This document shows positions 24,561-37,860 of a stretch of 64,000 nucleotides of DNA, piece by piece. The position numbers were made by a program, and so were the translations under genes. Origin of the DNA: Octopus sinensis. Its lineage: Eukaryota. The stretch covers positions 100,254,001 through 100,318,000 of the forward strand of contig NC_043004.1 in assembly GCF_006345805.1 (NCBI RefSeq). The letters are read 5' to 3'. How positions within the stretch are numbered: position 1 is the first letter of the stretch; each line of letters starts with the position of its first letter. The notes beneath the pieces are model-generated. The model made no database searches and was not told the origin of the DNA. It was given only the letters and a program-made list of their open reading frames with translations.

Positions 24561-25659
24561 GTAATGAAGATATAAATAAAATAGGAGCATGGTATAAGAA
24601 GAAAAAGAGAAAAAAATTACCACGTCTTACAAAGTACAACGAAGAAAAGAAAAAAAATGAACACTTGGAGATACAGAAACGCACGCACATCCGTGCACGC
24701 AAACACAGAAATTACACACACAGGCTGGTATAAACACACACACAGGCTGGTATACACACACACACAATCATACGCACGCACACACAGACACGCATATAAC
24801 AACTGCATTGCATAGAAAAAAATAATTTCGCACAATAAAATCATACAATCACATCACTTTCAATTTTCGGAACGCGCAACAATTGCTACAATTCACTTTC
24901 ATCAAGGCAATTTTTTCTAATAAAGCTGAACGCTTTACGCTGCTTGCGTGCAAGTCTACTTGTTGCATTTCTGCATTCCAGCATGCTTTGCCTGTTACGT
25001 GCAACAACACCGTTTGTATACGAATCTGTTTGTGTGTGAGAGAGTTATGGGAGGTGGGGGAAAAGAATCTTCTGTGTGTGTGTGTGTGTGTGTGTGTATG
25101 GCGGGGGTGTATGCGTTGTGGAAGTGGATGTGGGATACGTTTTAGGGTATTTTCCTGCTGCATCAATGAATGGAAGCTTCAGAAGCAGAATTCTGCCCAG
25201 CAGCCATTTATCAAATGAGGATATTGTGTATTTGTTTGTTTCTTGTTTAACAACATGGAAGGAGAGCGAAAAGTAGGCAAGTGGAAGTAATACTGTTGTG
25301 CTCAGTTGTTTTCTAATCTTTTTTTGTTTGTTTGTTTTGAAACACTGATGGTGTTTTTTTTTTGTTTTTTTTCATTTATTTGTGTGTGTATCTCTGTATG
25401 CAGCACATATGTATATATAGGCCTGTATTTCTGTGTTTGTATTTGCACACAAATATTCAATGATTTAATTCAAACAATGGAATAAGTTTTATGACGGCAT
25501 AAAATTTAATTCACTGTTTGAATTAATTTGTATTTTTGTCGACGCAGAACATCGCTAGTTTCCTTAGATTCCATTATTTTATTACACCGGTTTAAGTCTG
25601 AAAAAATACTTTCGTACCATACGTCTTACGTGTACATTGTATGTGTATATATTATATAC

Positions 25660-25707
<48 letters not shown>

Positions 25708-26077
25708 GTATGTATGTATGTATATATATATGTATAAATATATGTGTATGCTTATATGTTGTATGGCGTAAAATTAGCTTTCAGGTACAGATCATTGTTT
25801 TTCTAGCTGATTGTTTTGTGTTATTAGGTTAAAGTTCTGTTTATTATTTCCGTTCATCTTATATTGTTGAAGGTGATGATGGTTATGCGGCTGTTGAACT
25901 GTTAGTGGTGGTTGTGGTCGTTGTCGTGTTGACGGAGATGCTGCTGCTGATTTTTGTTGTTGTTGTTGTTGTTAAGCAACAAGACGGGTAAGGGTGATTA
26001 GGTGATGGTCTATAGGGCTTAGGGGCGGAAGACCCCAGATCTTGGAAAAAAAAAAAACTTTGGTCGTTTTGTTGTAG

Positions 26078-26432
26078 TCGAGGGCTCTTCGTTGACGCCC
26101 GACACCACTGGGAGGTGGCCCTCGAACTCGCTGGAAATAGAGATCTCCAGGCTCAAATTCTTGAACGGCTGCTGCTGCTACTGCTGATGGTGGTGGTGGT
26201 GGTGGTCCTGGTCTTCTTGCTGGCGTTATCGTATGTTTATCACCATGAGTATCCTTGTACGTTTTCGTGTACCGCCTGTTCGATGACAGGCTTTAGGAAA
26301 CCAGAAAAACAACCATCCCGACCGGTCTCTACGTTAATTCTTTTATTCCATTACTTTCTTCAGCCACTGGACTTGAAAAATACCCTGTCATCGCTTAGAA
26401 AATTATTTCAAGAAATCTACCTCAGTGTTTAA
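26078..26432 (+). CDS. Candidate exon of an unknown gene (TPR-helix-like segment); strand and frame uncertain
   Basis: Acceptor-like TTTTGTTGTAG at 26067-26077, then open to TAA at 26432. RGLFVDARHHWEVALEL fits the TPR helix-B spacing G-x-F-x-x-A-x-x-x-W-x-x-A-L. Minus-strand frames are also long and plausible. Confidence 0.3.
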
Positions 26433-26457
26433 TTTTAAATTCAATATTCATTGTAAC

Positions 26458-26900
26458 GTTATGGCGGTGATCTTGCAGAATTATTAGCACGCTGGACGAA
26501 ATGCTCTGCGGCAGTTCGTCCGTGCTTATTATCCAGAGTTCAAATATCACTGAGGGCGGTTTTGCCTTTGGGAGTGGGGGGGATAAAATAAGCACCTGTT
26601 GATCACTAGGGTCGATATAATCAACTTAGCCTCTCACCCGAAATTTCTGGCCTTGAGCCAAAATTTTGAAGCCAATATTTATTCTAACGTTACGGTGGGA
26701 GCTGACAGAATCGTTCGCACGCCGGGCAAAAGGCTTAGCGGCGTTTTCTCCGTCTTTACGTTCTTAGGTTGACTTTGCCTTTCATCCTTTTTGTGTTGAT
26801 GAAACAGTAACCATTTTATCATTGGGGTTGATGTAATCGACTCCCTGTCCCTTGAAGTTGCTAACCGTGTGTTCAAATTTGAAACCAACATTCATTCTAA
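26458..26900 (+). mobile_element. Two diverged SINE family B copies
   Basis: GGCGGTGATCTTGCAGAA and GGTGGGAGCTGACAGAATCGTT heads; TTTGCCTTTCATCC core in the second copy. Confidence 0.75.
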
Positions 26901-27721
26901 CGTCCATTTTTTTTTTGAAATCGCTGTTTTACAGGATGCAAACAATACTGGTAAAAAAATATTGTACAAGGCAAACGCAATGACGCACACTTCAACAATC
27001 TGTTATGTTTTAGTTGGATGAGATGAGTGAAGGAGTTGCGAATGACCTTTTAGAGTGCCTAAGGAAACTGCAATGTGCGAGAGTTTAAGTTATTCTGAAA
27101 TCGGTGACCTGTCACGATAATGTGATATAGAGTGGACTCCGCTAAAGACGACTGCTCGCAGTTAGCAAATAGTTGTGTTAAAGAGCATGTCGGGTCTCTG
27201 TACAGTGTCCGTCTATCAAAGTCGCACACGCAGCATTAGTCGGTTCAAGGCTATAGGGGAAGTCACGTGTTCAAGTCACGTGGGTTATGCGGGACTGAGC
27301 AGAAAAAACATATGGTTGTGAAGCCAGTCTCCTAACTAAAATGCCTTGCCTACTACTGAAAATTTTACTACTGAAAAATTATCTATCTATAAATAGTGAG
27401 TGAGATAGAGAGAGAGAGAGCGAGTGAGAGAGAGAGAGAGAGAGTGAGAGAGAGTGTGAGTGAGAGAGAGAGAGCGAGTGAGAGAGTGGGGGAAGGAGAG
27501 AGGCAAGGGCAAACAGAGTGACTGACAGTGGTAGAAGAAGAAATAACCCGAGAAGTGCCCATGAACATAGTTTGTAATTTCAAGGATAGTCATAAATATC
27601 GTCGGGTTTTCTTTGCAAGGAAAGGCAGAGTATGAAGCTGAGCGGATCTTTACAAGATTGAAGAGAAACAACAGATGGGTGGAGACACTTTCTACCCAGA
27701 AGCAAAAACTATATGCAAAGA

Positions 27722-28100
27722 GGCGCAGGCGTGGCTGTGTGGTAAGAAGCTTGCTTCTTAACTACATGGTTCCAGGTTCAGTCCCATTGCAAGGTACCTT
27801 GGGCAAGTGTCTTTTACTATAGCTTCGGGCCGACCAAAGTCTTATGAGTGAATTTGGTAGACGGAAACTGAAAGACGTCCGTCGTAAATGTGTGTGTTTG
27901 TGTGTGTTTTTGTGTTTGTGTATGTCGCACTACCATCACTTGACAACCGATGTTGGTGTGTTTACATCTCTGTAACTAGCAGTTCGGCAAAAGAGACCGT
28001 TAGAATACCAGGCCTACAAAGAATAAGTCCTGGGATCGATTTGTTCAACTAAAGGAGGTGCTCCAGCATAGCCGTAGTCGAGTGACTGAAACAAGTAAAA
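27722..28100 (+). mobile_element. SINE family A, full length
   Basis: GGCGCAGGCGTGGCTGTGTGGTAAG head, GGTTCAGTCCC B-box, GACTGAAACAAGTAAAA tail. Confidence 0.92.
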
Positions 28101-29201
28101 TTATAGAAAAATAAAAGAAAAACAGATAAGGAAGGGCAAGCCCAGAACAAAAGACAAAGAACCCGTAGCGTCCTTTGACGACATGAAAGTAAGTCTTTAG
28201 AATTGACAAGGAAAAGCCGATAAATAGTCTGAGTGTATTCAAGAAATTAAGGATGCAGTGTGCTAAATGAGGAAAGAGGGATGGGCTCCAATTTTGTGAA
28301 AGATATTCATATTATATCTTAAAGTGAGAATTTCGCTGGGAGAGATATCATTCATTTGCTAGTTAACTAAGCTATGTAGCGGGTATTTTGATGAGTTGGA
28401 AATCATTAATAAATGATTTCATATATTGATTTTTAATTTTGGCACAAGGGCTACAATTTGGGGTGAGGAGGTAAGCCGATTACATCGGCTCCCAGCGTTC
28501 AACTGGTCCTTCTTTTATTGACTCTGAAACGATGATTGGCAAAGTCCACCACGGTGGAATTTGAACTCAGAACGAGAAGACAGACGAAATGCCTCTAAGC
28601 ATTTAGCTCAGGATTATACTAGCACGCCGCTTTAAATTGACTTCTTATCTTACTATTTCATATTGAATATTTCCCTACCATTATTTCTTCTGGGTGTTAG
28701 AAGAGTCGTTAGTAGTGCGTCACTGTTGTTGTGTAGTAGTAAATCCTTAAAATCCTTTAAAATGTTTCAGCCCGCTGAATGAGCTACACTAATTTGTGAA
28801 TCCACCTCTGATACGTGGCACTTGATCAACAAGGGATTTCGATGCTGCTGCCCGCATCCGCGTCTCCTGTCGTGAATATTATTTAAGAATTATTTAACGC
28901 TACAAGTTATAGAACCTAGAAATGTCCTGCTCCAGTCAATAGCACAGAGGTAAATACTATTTTTGTCCTGACATATACAATAGTATTTTTGCTATTGAAA
29001 TGAGTTTTCATACTGAATGCTAAAATGTCATGAAACCGATAGCAACTATTCCTATTTACTGATGGATGTGCAGTGAGACTGATTTAGGACTGTTTGCTGA
29101 AACGACTGAATAGAAAACATACATGCACGCATATATAATGCAGTCGTACAGTACATACAGTACATAAACACACATAAGTGCGTTTATGTCCTCTTTATTG
29201 A

Positions 29202-29309
29202 TTAACTGAAGCAAATCTCGTTAATTGTTTCTTTACAAAATGTTTTTGTTCTCTTCCTTCCTTTTATTTCATCTGAAGTAATATTGAATCCTTTGTGTCT
29301 TATACGTCG
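29202..29309 (-). CDS. Candidate terminal exon RRIRHKGFNITSDEIKGRKRTKTFCKETINEICFS*; disrupted paralog at 32947-33055
   Basis: Acceptor TTATTGACAG, 35 open codons, and AATAAA 3 nt after the stop. Substitutions against the paralog look near-neutral, so support is weak. Confidence 0.2.
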   Translation of the reverse strand, partial: RRIRHKGFNITSDEIKGRKRTKTFCKETINEICFS

Positions 29310-29913
29310 CTGTCAATAATATAACAATACAAACAGCAAAAACAAACGTTAAAAATGTGAAGGAAGGTAAGAACACATCGACAAATATCCAACTTTTCAT
29401 TAAGCTTCCTCGTGGCGGCTAAGATAATCTTTCAATAGTACAAAATAAAAGACCAAACCTTCAACATATATTTAGTTACGACCCTTTGTTCCGAGTTTAC
29501 TATATATCCTTCCGTTATTCAGTCACCAGGAAATGGGATAGACTTCATAGAATAACCTTACCTAAATTAGTAACGTTTACTATTATGGATCATAAAAGGC
29601 GTAGTTGGTTTCGGATGAATTTGAATTCAGAACGCAAAGAGTTAGAAGGAAAAACTGCAAGGCATTTTGTTCGACGCTCTTTCGTTTCTGATTGAGGTAC
29701 AATCCCAGCAATCTTAAGGAAATAGTTTAGTCGACTATATTGACTATGTCAAGCTCCGATTAGCAAAATTTGCCTCAGTTAATACACATGCTATGTATAT
29801 AACATGAATGATGTATGTACATATGCATGTATGTATATGCACTTATGCTTACAAATGCGTGAGCTTTTATATATGCATATATGTATATATGTATCTATAA
29901 GTGTGTATGCATG

Positions 29914-29945
<32 letters not shown>

Positions 29946-30164
29946 ATGTGTGCACACGCACACACACACACAACACACACATATATATATATATACTATG
30001 CGTTCACATATATGTAATATGCATATATATATATAATGTATATAATATATGTATAATATATAATGTGTATATATATAATATATATAATGTGGGTATATAT
30101 ATATATGCATATACTTTTACTCTCTTTATATGTATATATATATGTATATATATATATATATATG

Positions 30165-30382
30165 CATATACTTTTACTCTCTTTACTCTTTTACTTGTTT
30201 CAGTCATTTTGACTGTGGCCATGCTGGAGCACCGTCTTTAGTGAAGCTTATCGCCCCCAGGACTTATTCTTTGTAAGCCTAGTACTTATTCTATCGGTTT
30301 CTTTTCCCGAACCGTTACGTTACGGAGACATAAACACACCAGCATTGGTTGTCAACCGATGTTGGGGGGATAAACAGACACA

Positions 30383-30415
<33 letters not shown>

Positions 30416-31345
30416 CACAAATACATTATATATTATATATATAATATATATAGTATATATATATTATTATACAACACACATATATACGCATGTCGTTGTA
30501 TTTGTATTAGTAATAGTTCAGTACTTCTGTTTATCGACCCAGAAACAATGAAAGGCTAAGGTGACCTCGACGAAATTTTAACTAAATTCAAAACCTCGGT
30601 TAACAGAAAATATTTAGTCCGACGGACTAATGTCTCTGCCAATAAAAAATCACTGAATGGCAAATATACTGCTATCAGTAACAGCAAGAATAACTTACAA
30701 GAATTAGTGACAGAACTTCCAACTCTATGGATTAGCGTGTGTCCATTCCATCTGAAAAAAAAGTCAGCCTGATCATTTCAAACTATTGCCTTCACAAAAA
30801 AAAAAGTATCACATTTAAGGAATTATATCCTAAATATGCAATACCAGCAAAAAATAAATAAATATACGAATAAAAAAAAGTAGAAAACAGGATTAAAAAC
30901 AAAACAATATGTTCTTTGATTATAGGTTTTGTTGGTCAAGGCTGACCAAGAGTTTAACGAATGCAGAAACATCGACGGCAACAATGATGAATACGATAAA
31001 ACATCAACAAGAAAATGTTACTGAAAGTAATAAGGGCAAAAAATACGTATGCAAATACACATACATGGAAATCACATTGTCAAATACACTTATACAAAGT
31101 ACGTGCATAATGCCTTCCTGTTACTGTGTACGAAAGAAAATAAATTAGCTCTGTTTGGTTAAAAAGACATTGATTCCTAACTGCGGATGTTATCGTGAAT
31201 AATACCTCAATAGTTGTGATATAATCATCGAAAACATTGTATTGAATGAATTTGTTGAATAATGTTACCCGTCTTCCCTATTCTTTCCTCTTCTATCATC
31301 GCATTGTAATCCACGCCATGGATTTCATACTATATCTGCGATATA

Positions 31346-31402
<57 letters not shown>

Positions 31403-31691
31403 TGCATATACTTTTACCTCTTTACTCTTTATTGTTTCAGTCATTTTGACTGTGGCCATGCTGTGGAGCACCGTCTTTAGTGAAGCTTATCGCCCCCAGG
31501 ACTTATTCTTTGTAAGCCTAGTACTTATTCTATCGGTTTCTTTTGCCGAACCGTTACGTTACGGAGACATAAAACACACAGCATGTGTTGTCAACCGATG
31601 TTGGGGGGATAACAGACAACAAACACACCCACACACACACACCACACACACCACACACACACAATACATATATATATATATATATATTTAA

Positions 31692-31723
<32 letters not shown>

Positions 31724-32584
31724 CACATATACGCATGTCGTTTGTATTTGTATTAGTAATAGTTCAGTACTTCTGTTTATCGACCCAGAAACAAGAAAGG
31801 CTAAGGTGACCTCGACGACGAAATTTTAACTAAATTCAAAACTCGTTAACAGAAAATATTTAGTCCGACGGACTAATGTCTATGCCAATAAAAAATCACT
31901 GAATGGCAAATATACTGCTATCAGTAACAGCAAGAATAACTTACAAGAATTAGTGACAGAACTTCCAACTCTATGGATTAGCGTGTGTCCATTCCATCTG
32001 AAAAAAAAGTCAGCCTGATCATTTCAAACTATTGCCTTCACAAAAAAAAAAGTATCACATTTAAGGAATTATATCCTAAATATGCAATACCAGCAAAAAA
32101 TAAATAAATATACGAATAAAAAAAAGTAGAAAACAGGATTAAAAACCAAAACAATATGTCTTTGATTATAGGTTTGTTGGTCAAGGCTGACAAGAGTTTA
32201 ACGAATGCAGAAACATCGACGGCAACAATGATGAATACGATAAAACATCAACAAGAAAATGTTACTGAAAAAGTAATAAGGGCAAAAAATACGTATGCAA
32301 ATACACATACATGGAAATCACATTGTCAAATACACTTATACAAAGTACGTGCATAATGCCTTCCTGTTACTGTGGTACGAAAGAAAATAAATTAGCTTGT
32401 TTGGTTAAAAAGACATTGATTCTAACTGCGGATGTATCGTGAATAATACCTCAATAGTGTGATATAATCATCGAAAACATTGTATTGAATGAATTTGTTG
32501 AATAATGTTACCCGTCTTCCCTATATCTTCCTTTTCTATCATCGCATTGAATCCACGCCATGGATTCATACTTATTCGCGATAT

Positions 32585-32585
<1 letters not shown>
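30165..32585. repeat. ~1.23-kb tandem duplication (30165-31390 / 31395-32585), each unit starting with a minus-strand SINE-A 3' half
   Basis: Near-identical unique sequence, e.g. GAATGCAGAAACATCGACGGCAACAATGATG at ~30959 and ~32203; differences are mostly indels. Confidence 0.93.
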
Positions 32586-32621
<36 letters not shown>

Positions 32622-33826
32622 GTCTGTATTATATATATATATATATATATATACGTCTGTATATATGTATGTATATATATATATATATATATATAGTATA
32701 TATATATATACACCATATATATATATGTATGTATATGTATGCATATGCATACACACACATGTATAAACATATATATACACACATTACACGTACATGTTTT
32801 CCCTCAGTTTATATGTGTGTGTGTGTGTGTGGATGTACGTTATACATTTGTATATACAAAAGCAGACATTTTGTGTGCATCTTTACATGCACACACATGC
32901 ATATATACATACATCACACATAATATATACATAGCACGTGTATTGATTAACTGAGGCAAGTCTCGTTAATTGGATCTTTACATAATACGTCTTCGTTTTT
33001 TTCCTTCGTTTTATTCCATCTTAAGTAACATTTTCGCCATTGTGTTTATACATCACTATCAATAATGTAATAAACAAGAAAACATAAATATTAAAGATCG
33101 TTAAGAACAACAACAATTATACAACATCAAATAACCGAATTTGCATTATGCTTTCTAGTGGCGGCTGTGATAACCCGAAAACACTACGAATGGAAAAAAA
33201 TCTTATACAATACATCTTAATTATATGTGCTTAGCCGTCACTTCCAAGCGAGTAAGATCTGATGGATTGGACCTCGTTTGTGTGATTTCTTTCATGTCCG
33301 TATGTCATCGAGAGCAGGCATTGAGGAGCTCCCAAAATTCCTCATTGTGAGGCAGAGGAGTATGAAAGACGGGATGGTTACAGGGACAGAAATTGAGCTG
33401 CACCAGGAGACGTCTGGTACTCATGTCATCTGAGTAGTCTGGAGTATGGTAAAATAAGCTTACTTGCTCAAAGTGACGCCGTGTTGACCGGTGTAGAAAT
33501 AAACCGGGCGGCCTTAAGATGAGACAACAAACTCAAACCACACCCAGGCGCACACCTACGCACACACACACTCACACATAGATTTTATGTCAATTTATAC
33601 TCGTACATATTCTCTCGCTCTTCTCCTTCTTCTCTCTTTCTCTCTTTCTTCTCTCTCTTCTCTCTTTCTCTCTCTCTCTCTCTCTTCTCTCTCTCACTGT
33701 CACACACGCATGTACTGCGTGAACTAATATTCCTCTTGACAGCTCACTAGCATGTTTTAGTAGGAATTATGTATAATGTATTTTGCATATATATATATAT
33801 AGATATATATATATATAATATATATA

Positions 33827-33876
<50 letters not shown>

Positions 33877-34324
33877 GTAAATGTATGTCAGTGTACATAT
33901 ATGTGTATATGTGTGTTTATATGTACATACACACAAACACATATGCTCGTACGCACGAGCGGGCGCACTTATGTGTGACATAAACTGAAAAGAAAGTAGG
34001 TTAACGTAGAAGGACGTACCCTGTGGTCAGACGCATTGAGCATGGTAGTGCAGATGCGTCGATCTGATTGTACCTATATTGAAATATAGTGTATTCTAAG
34101 TTTATTGCAATTTCGAACCTGCTCCTCTACAAGCACGTATCCTCTCATACACACATATACATCCGCTCACATACATAGGCATGCACACACATTCATACTT
34201 ACAAACATACATATACATATAATATATATATATATATCTGTATACATATATGTATATATAAATATTATATATATAAATACATATATATATGTGTATATAT
34301 GTAAATATATGTGTTTGTATACAT

Positions 34325-34378
<54 letters not shown>

Positions 34379-34433
34379 ATACATATATATATATAACACA
34401 CACACACTATATATTATATATGTGTGTATATTA

Positions 34434-34515
<82 letters not shown>

Positions 34516-35204
34516 GAGAGAGAGAGAGAGAGAGAAATAGGAAGGGATAAAATATATAACCCACAGAGGAAAGATAAGTGCTTGTGTGTTTAGTAGTGTC
34601 CATGTCAATGTGACATAAACTCTATATAATTCACTGTGTAATTGTTTCGTAGTCGAGTAGTCTTTAGCTGAAATGTTTCAGTGGGCAAATTGCATAGAAA
34701 TGAAGGCGAGATTGCAACATCAACAAATGAACGCCATTAATAAACGCAATAAAAGCGATGGAAGCATCAGTAAATACAACGTAAGCATCAGTACATTCGC
34801 AAAAACAACATCAACGCGATGCCACCACCATCACCATCACCCAAGGCCACACCACCGCTATCGCCATCGTCATCACTATTGCCATAATCACCACTACCAG
34901 ACCCACCGCCAATGCCGCTGCCACTAACAGCGATAACGCTACGATTATCGACAGCATTTTACGCTGCTATCTTCAAATATGAAACAACATGGCGGACAAT
35001 GTAGTCCCTAGGATGGATGTATGTATGTATGTATGTATGTATGTATGTATGTATGTATGTATGTATGTATGCATGTATGTGCATGTATGTGCATGTGGGT
35101 GTGCATTTATGTCTATATGCAATTATATATATATCTAAATATAAACACACACATTCAAACAAACATATATATTTATTTATAACTTAACACACACACACGT
35201 GTAT

Positions 35205-36215
35205 ATTGCTGGAAATAACAGTTAAAACTCTTATTTAAATCGCCAAAATACACCGAAGACTGATATTTCCAGCAGGTATTTATGTCCTTTGATTAATTTT
35301 AATCCTTCAGCTGTTTCATGCCTTTCTGTGGGGTTCCTCCAATCACCTATATTTTTGATTCTGTTTATTATCATCTTTAAATTGTTGCACTAGATAATAA
35401 CAGAGTCAATGGTAATTTCGCAAATTACTTTTTCGTGAATTATTTTGCTCGTGAATTATTTGCTCTTTATTAAAATTATTTTCACAAAGATGGCTGCTAT
35501 GATTTCGACGCAAAACGAATCAGTTCCAGGACAAAATTCGACACGACGAGTTGGGGATTTCTATCATGGTAACGCGTGCTGAGGGAGATGAGGCTATTAT
35601 GCCAGTCCAGAGTCGAAATACTTGAATGTATGCTGAAAGATTGTCTTATCCTGTTTGCCTTCGGATGGTTGATTTCTGTAGTTATTATCGTTGTATTTTG
35701 GCGATTTAAATAAGAGTTTTGCTTGTTATTTCTAGCAGGTAGACATACTTAGTATGTCCTTTGATTAATTTTAATCCTTCAGCTAATTAAGGATTTTTTT
35801 TTAGCCGGCAATCGCTCATATTGCTGATTGTTATTATCATTTTTAAATAGTTACACTAGATAATATCAGAGTCAATGGTACCTTCGCAAATTAAGTTTTC
35901 GTGAATTATTTATGTTCCGTATTGAAATTATTTTCACACTGGTGGTTGCCATGATTTCGATGCAAAATGAATCACAGCGTAGACTTCGACACGACGGTTC
36001 GGGGTTCTCTATCATGTTAACGCGTGCTGCAGAAGGTTAGGTTATTTTGCCAGTCCAGAAACCGGTCCACGTGAGTCGAAATACTTGAATGTGCGGTGAA
36101 AGACTGTCTTATCTCATTTGCCTTTGGATGGTTGATTTCTGTACTTATTATCAGTGTATTTTGATGATTTAAATTAGAGCTATGACTGTTATTCCAGCAG
36201 GAAGACATCTAGTAT
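35205..36215 (+). mobile_element. pLTR-like element: ~50-bp inverted end plus two diverged ~470-bp direct repeats
   Basis: CAGCAGG(T/A)...TATGTCCTTTGAT at ~35270, ~35735 and ~36196. AACTCTTATTTAAATCGCCAAAATACA (~35226-35252) is the reverse complement of ~35691-35717. Confidence 0.8.
36021..36073 (+). ncRNA. Hammerhead motif with A6>C and palindromic helix III ACCGGT
   Basis: CGCGTG-CTGCAGA-A-GG...CC-A-GAA-ACCGGT-C-CACGTG. The sister repeat (~35575) has CTGA at the core but lacks helix III. Confidence 0.6.
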
Positions 36216-36280
36216 GTCCTTTGATAATTATATATAACATACATATATATAATTATATATAATATATATATATATATATA

Positions 36281-36322
<42 letters not shown>

Positions 36323-36338
36323 ATATATATATTATATA

Positions 36339-36384
<46 letters not shown>

Positions 36385-37285
36385 GAAATGTACAAAAAAC
36401 AAAAGACGAAGATAGGTGTACAAACAACAATAGCAGTGTATTAGTTTGACACTCGGCGGGGAGAAAGTCTTTTACATTTCAAGCTTACGCTCTTCAACAG
36501 AAGGGAACACGTGGAAATAAACAGAGAGAGAATAAAAAACTTTTGGAGATACAGGTTGCGGTGGGTAAATTTTCACCATTCTATGTTTATTTTGCGCATG
36601 TGCATGGCATGTTTTTGATTTTAGCAACTACATAGTATAGTAGCATCTGTTGGGGACCACCTGTGAGAAAAACTGCATCATCACGGAATTCACTCAGCCA
36701 GAAATTTGAAAACGACTTGCTGTACTGCTTGGCTTTCCCGCCGGAAGCTCCAGACCATTTCAGAGTGTCTGAGTGTCAATCTGAAGATATGTACCGAGAG
36801 CGATAAAAATCAATCATCCAGTCCATTCACACGTTGGTGTGATTACAAGACATTTTTATGTAATTTTGTTAAATATGTCTCTTAAAATGATATGTCAGTG
36901 TTTTCATTTTTGCGTAATTGAGACGACAGTTTCTTCGCCGTACCTGGTGTACATACTATATATATATGTGTGTGGTGTGTGTTTGTGTGTAGGCTTATGT
37001 ATATATATGCATATAGTATATATATGTAATATATATATATATATATTATATATATATATATATATATAATGTATACAATATACTTACATTGATATACATA
37101 TATTCAGGTATACGTACCCGAGTTAGATATACTCACATGCACGGTGTATGTGCATCTGTGTGCGTACGTAATGTGAATGTGTGTGTGCGTGTTTGTGTGT
37201 GTGTGAAGAATATATGTGTGCAATGTTCGAATTCATCAAAGAATACATACCCATACCGATTGATATGTATTCTATATACATATAT

Positions 37286-37860
37286 ACGCGAGAAAGAAGC
37301 AACAAGAATGGATAGGTTTTAGTACGATCGTTTCATACAAGGACAGGTTTTATTAAAAGTTGCAAAGATTACAGCATATAAACGAGTCCGTACTCATCAG
37401 CTAAATACATGCAAGTTCTCTAGAGCATCCTAGTGTTTGAGGCTATACGCATGAAGTAATGTAGATAATTAAACAGATTCTAAAGTTCATTAAAGTTCTT
37501 TAAAGATGATGCATAGTCTTAATCACAGAATTTAAAAAAGTTTTGATAGCATCACAAGAGAAGGTGACCTAATCCATATGAATTTCCATAGATATGATGA
37601 GGGATTATATACTCACACAGAGACAATTTATCATTGTTATTAGCATTACAGAGAGGGTGAATATCCTTTGTATAATGCACAGATTCCAATGTGTAGATTA
37701 AATTTCCAGAGAAATGGAGATGAATTTCATATTCACAGGCGATAAATTTCACAATGGTTGACACACAATGAGGTAGGTACAATCCTTGTTATATGATTAG
37801 GTGTTTGCCATATTAATCACTTACTGCTATTCACAAGAGGCTGCAGCTATTTAACTCTTT
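37286..37860 (-). mobile_element. Non-coding hammerhead-bearing element (family E); 3' end abuts (TA)n
   Basis: Same sequence as both arms of the 51068-52267 palindrome; ends ...CTTGTTGCTTCTTTCTCGCG(TA)n. Confidence 0.8.
37318..37405 (-). ncRNA. Type I hammerhead ribozyme with intact catalytic core
   Basis: TTTAG-CTGATGA-GTAC-GGAC-[~41 nt]-GTCC-TT-GTAT-GAA-ACGATCGT-A-CTAAA: helix I 5 bp, helix II 8 bp with a TT bulge, palindromic helix III, GUA cleavage triplet (cut between 37323 and 37322). Confidence 0.82.

Noticed and set aside
34780-34930. Hydrophobic 48-aa minus-strand ORF (MLSIIVALSLL...)
   Set aside because: It derives from a decayed CAC/CAT/GCC trinucleotide tract, with no splice or paralog support.
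35589-35712. 41-aa TM-like ORF MRLLCQSRVEILEC...FWRFK
   Set aside because: It lies within the ribozyme-bearing repeat; the sister unit lacks the ATG and has two stops.
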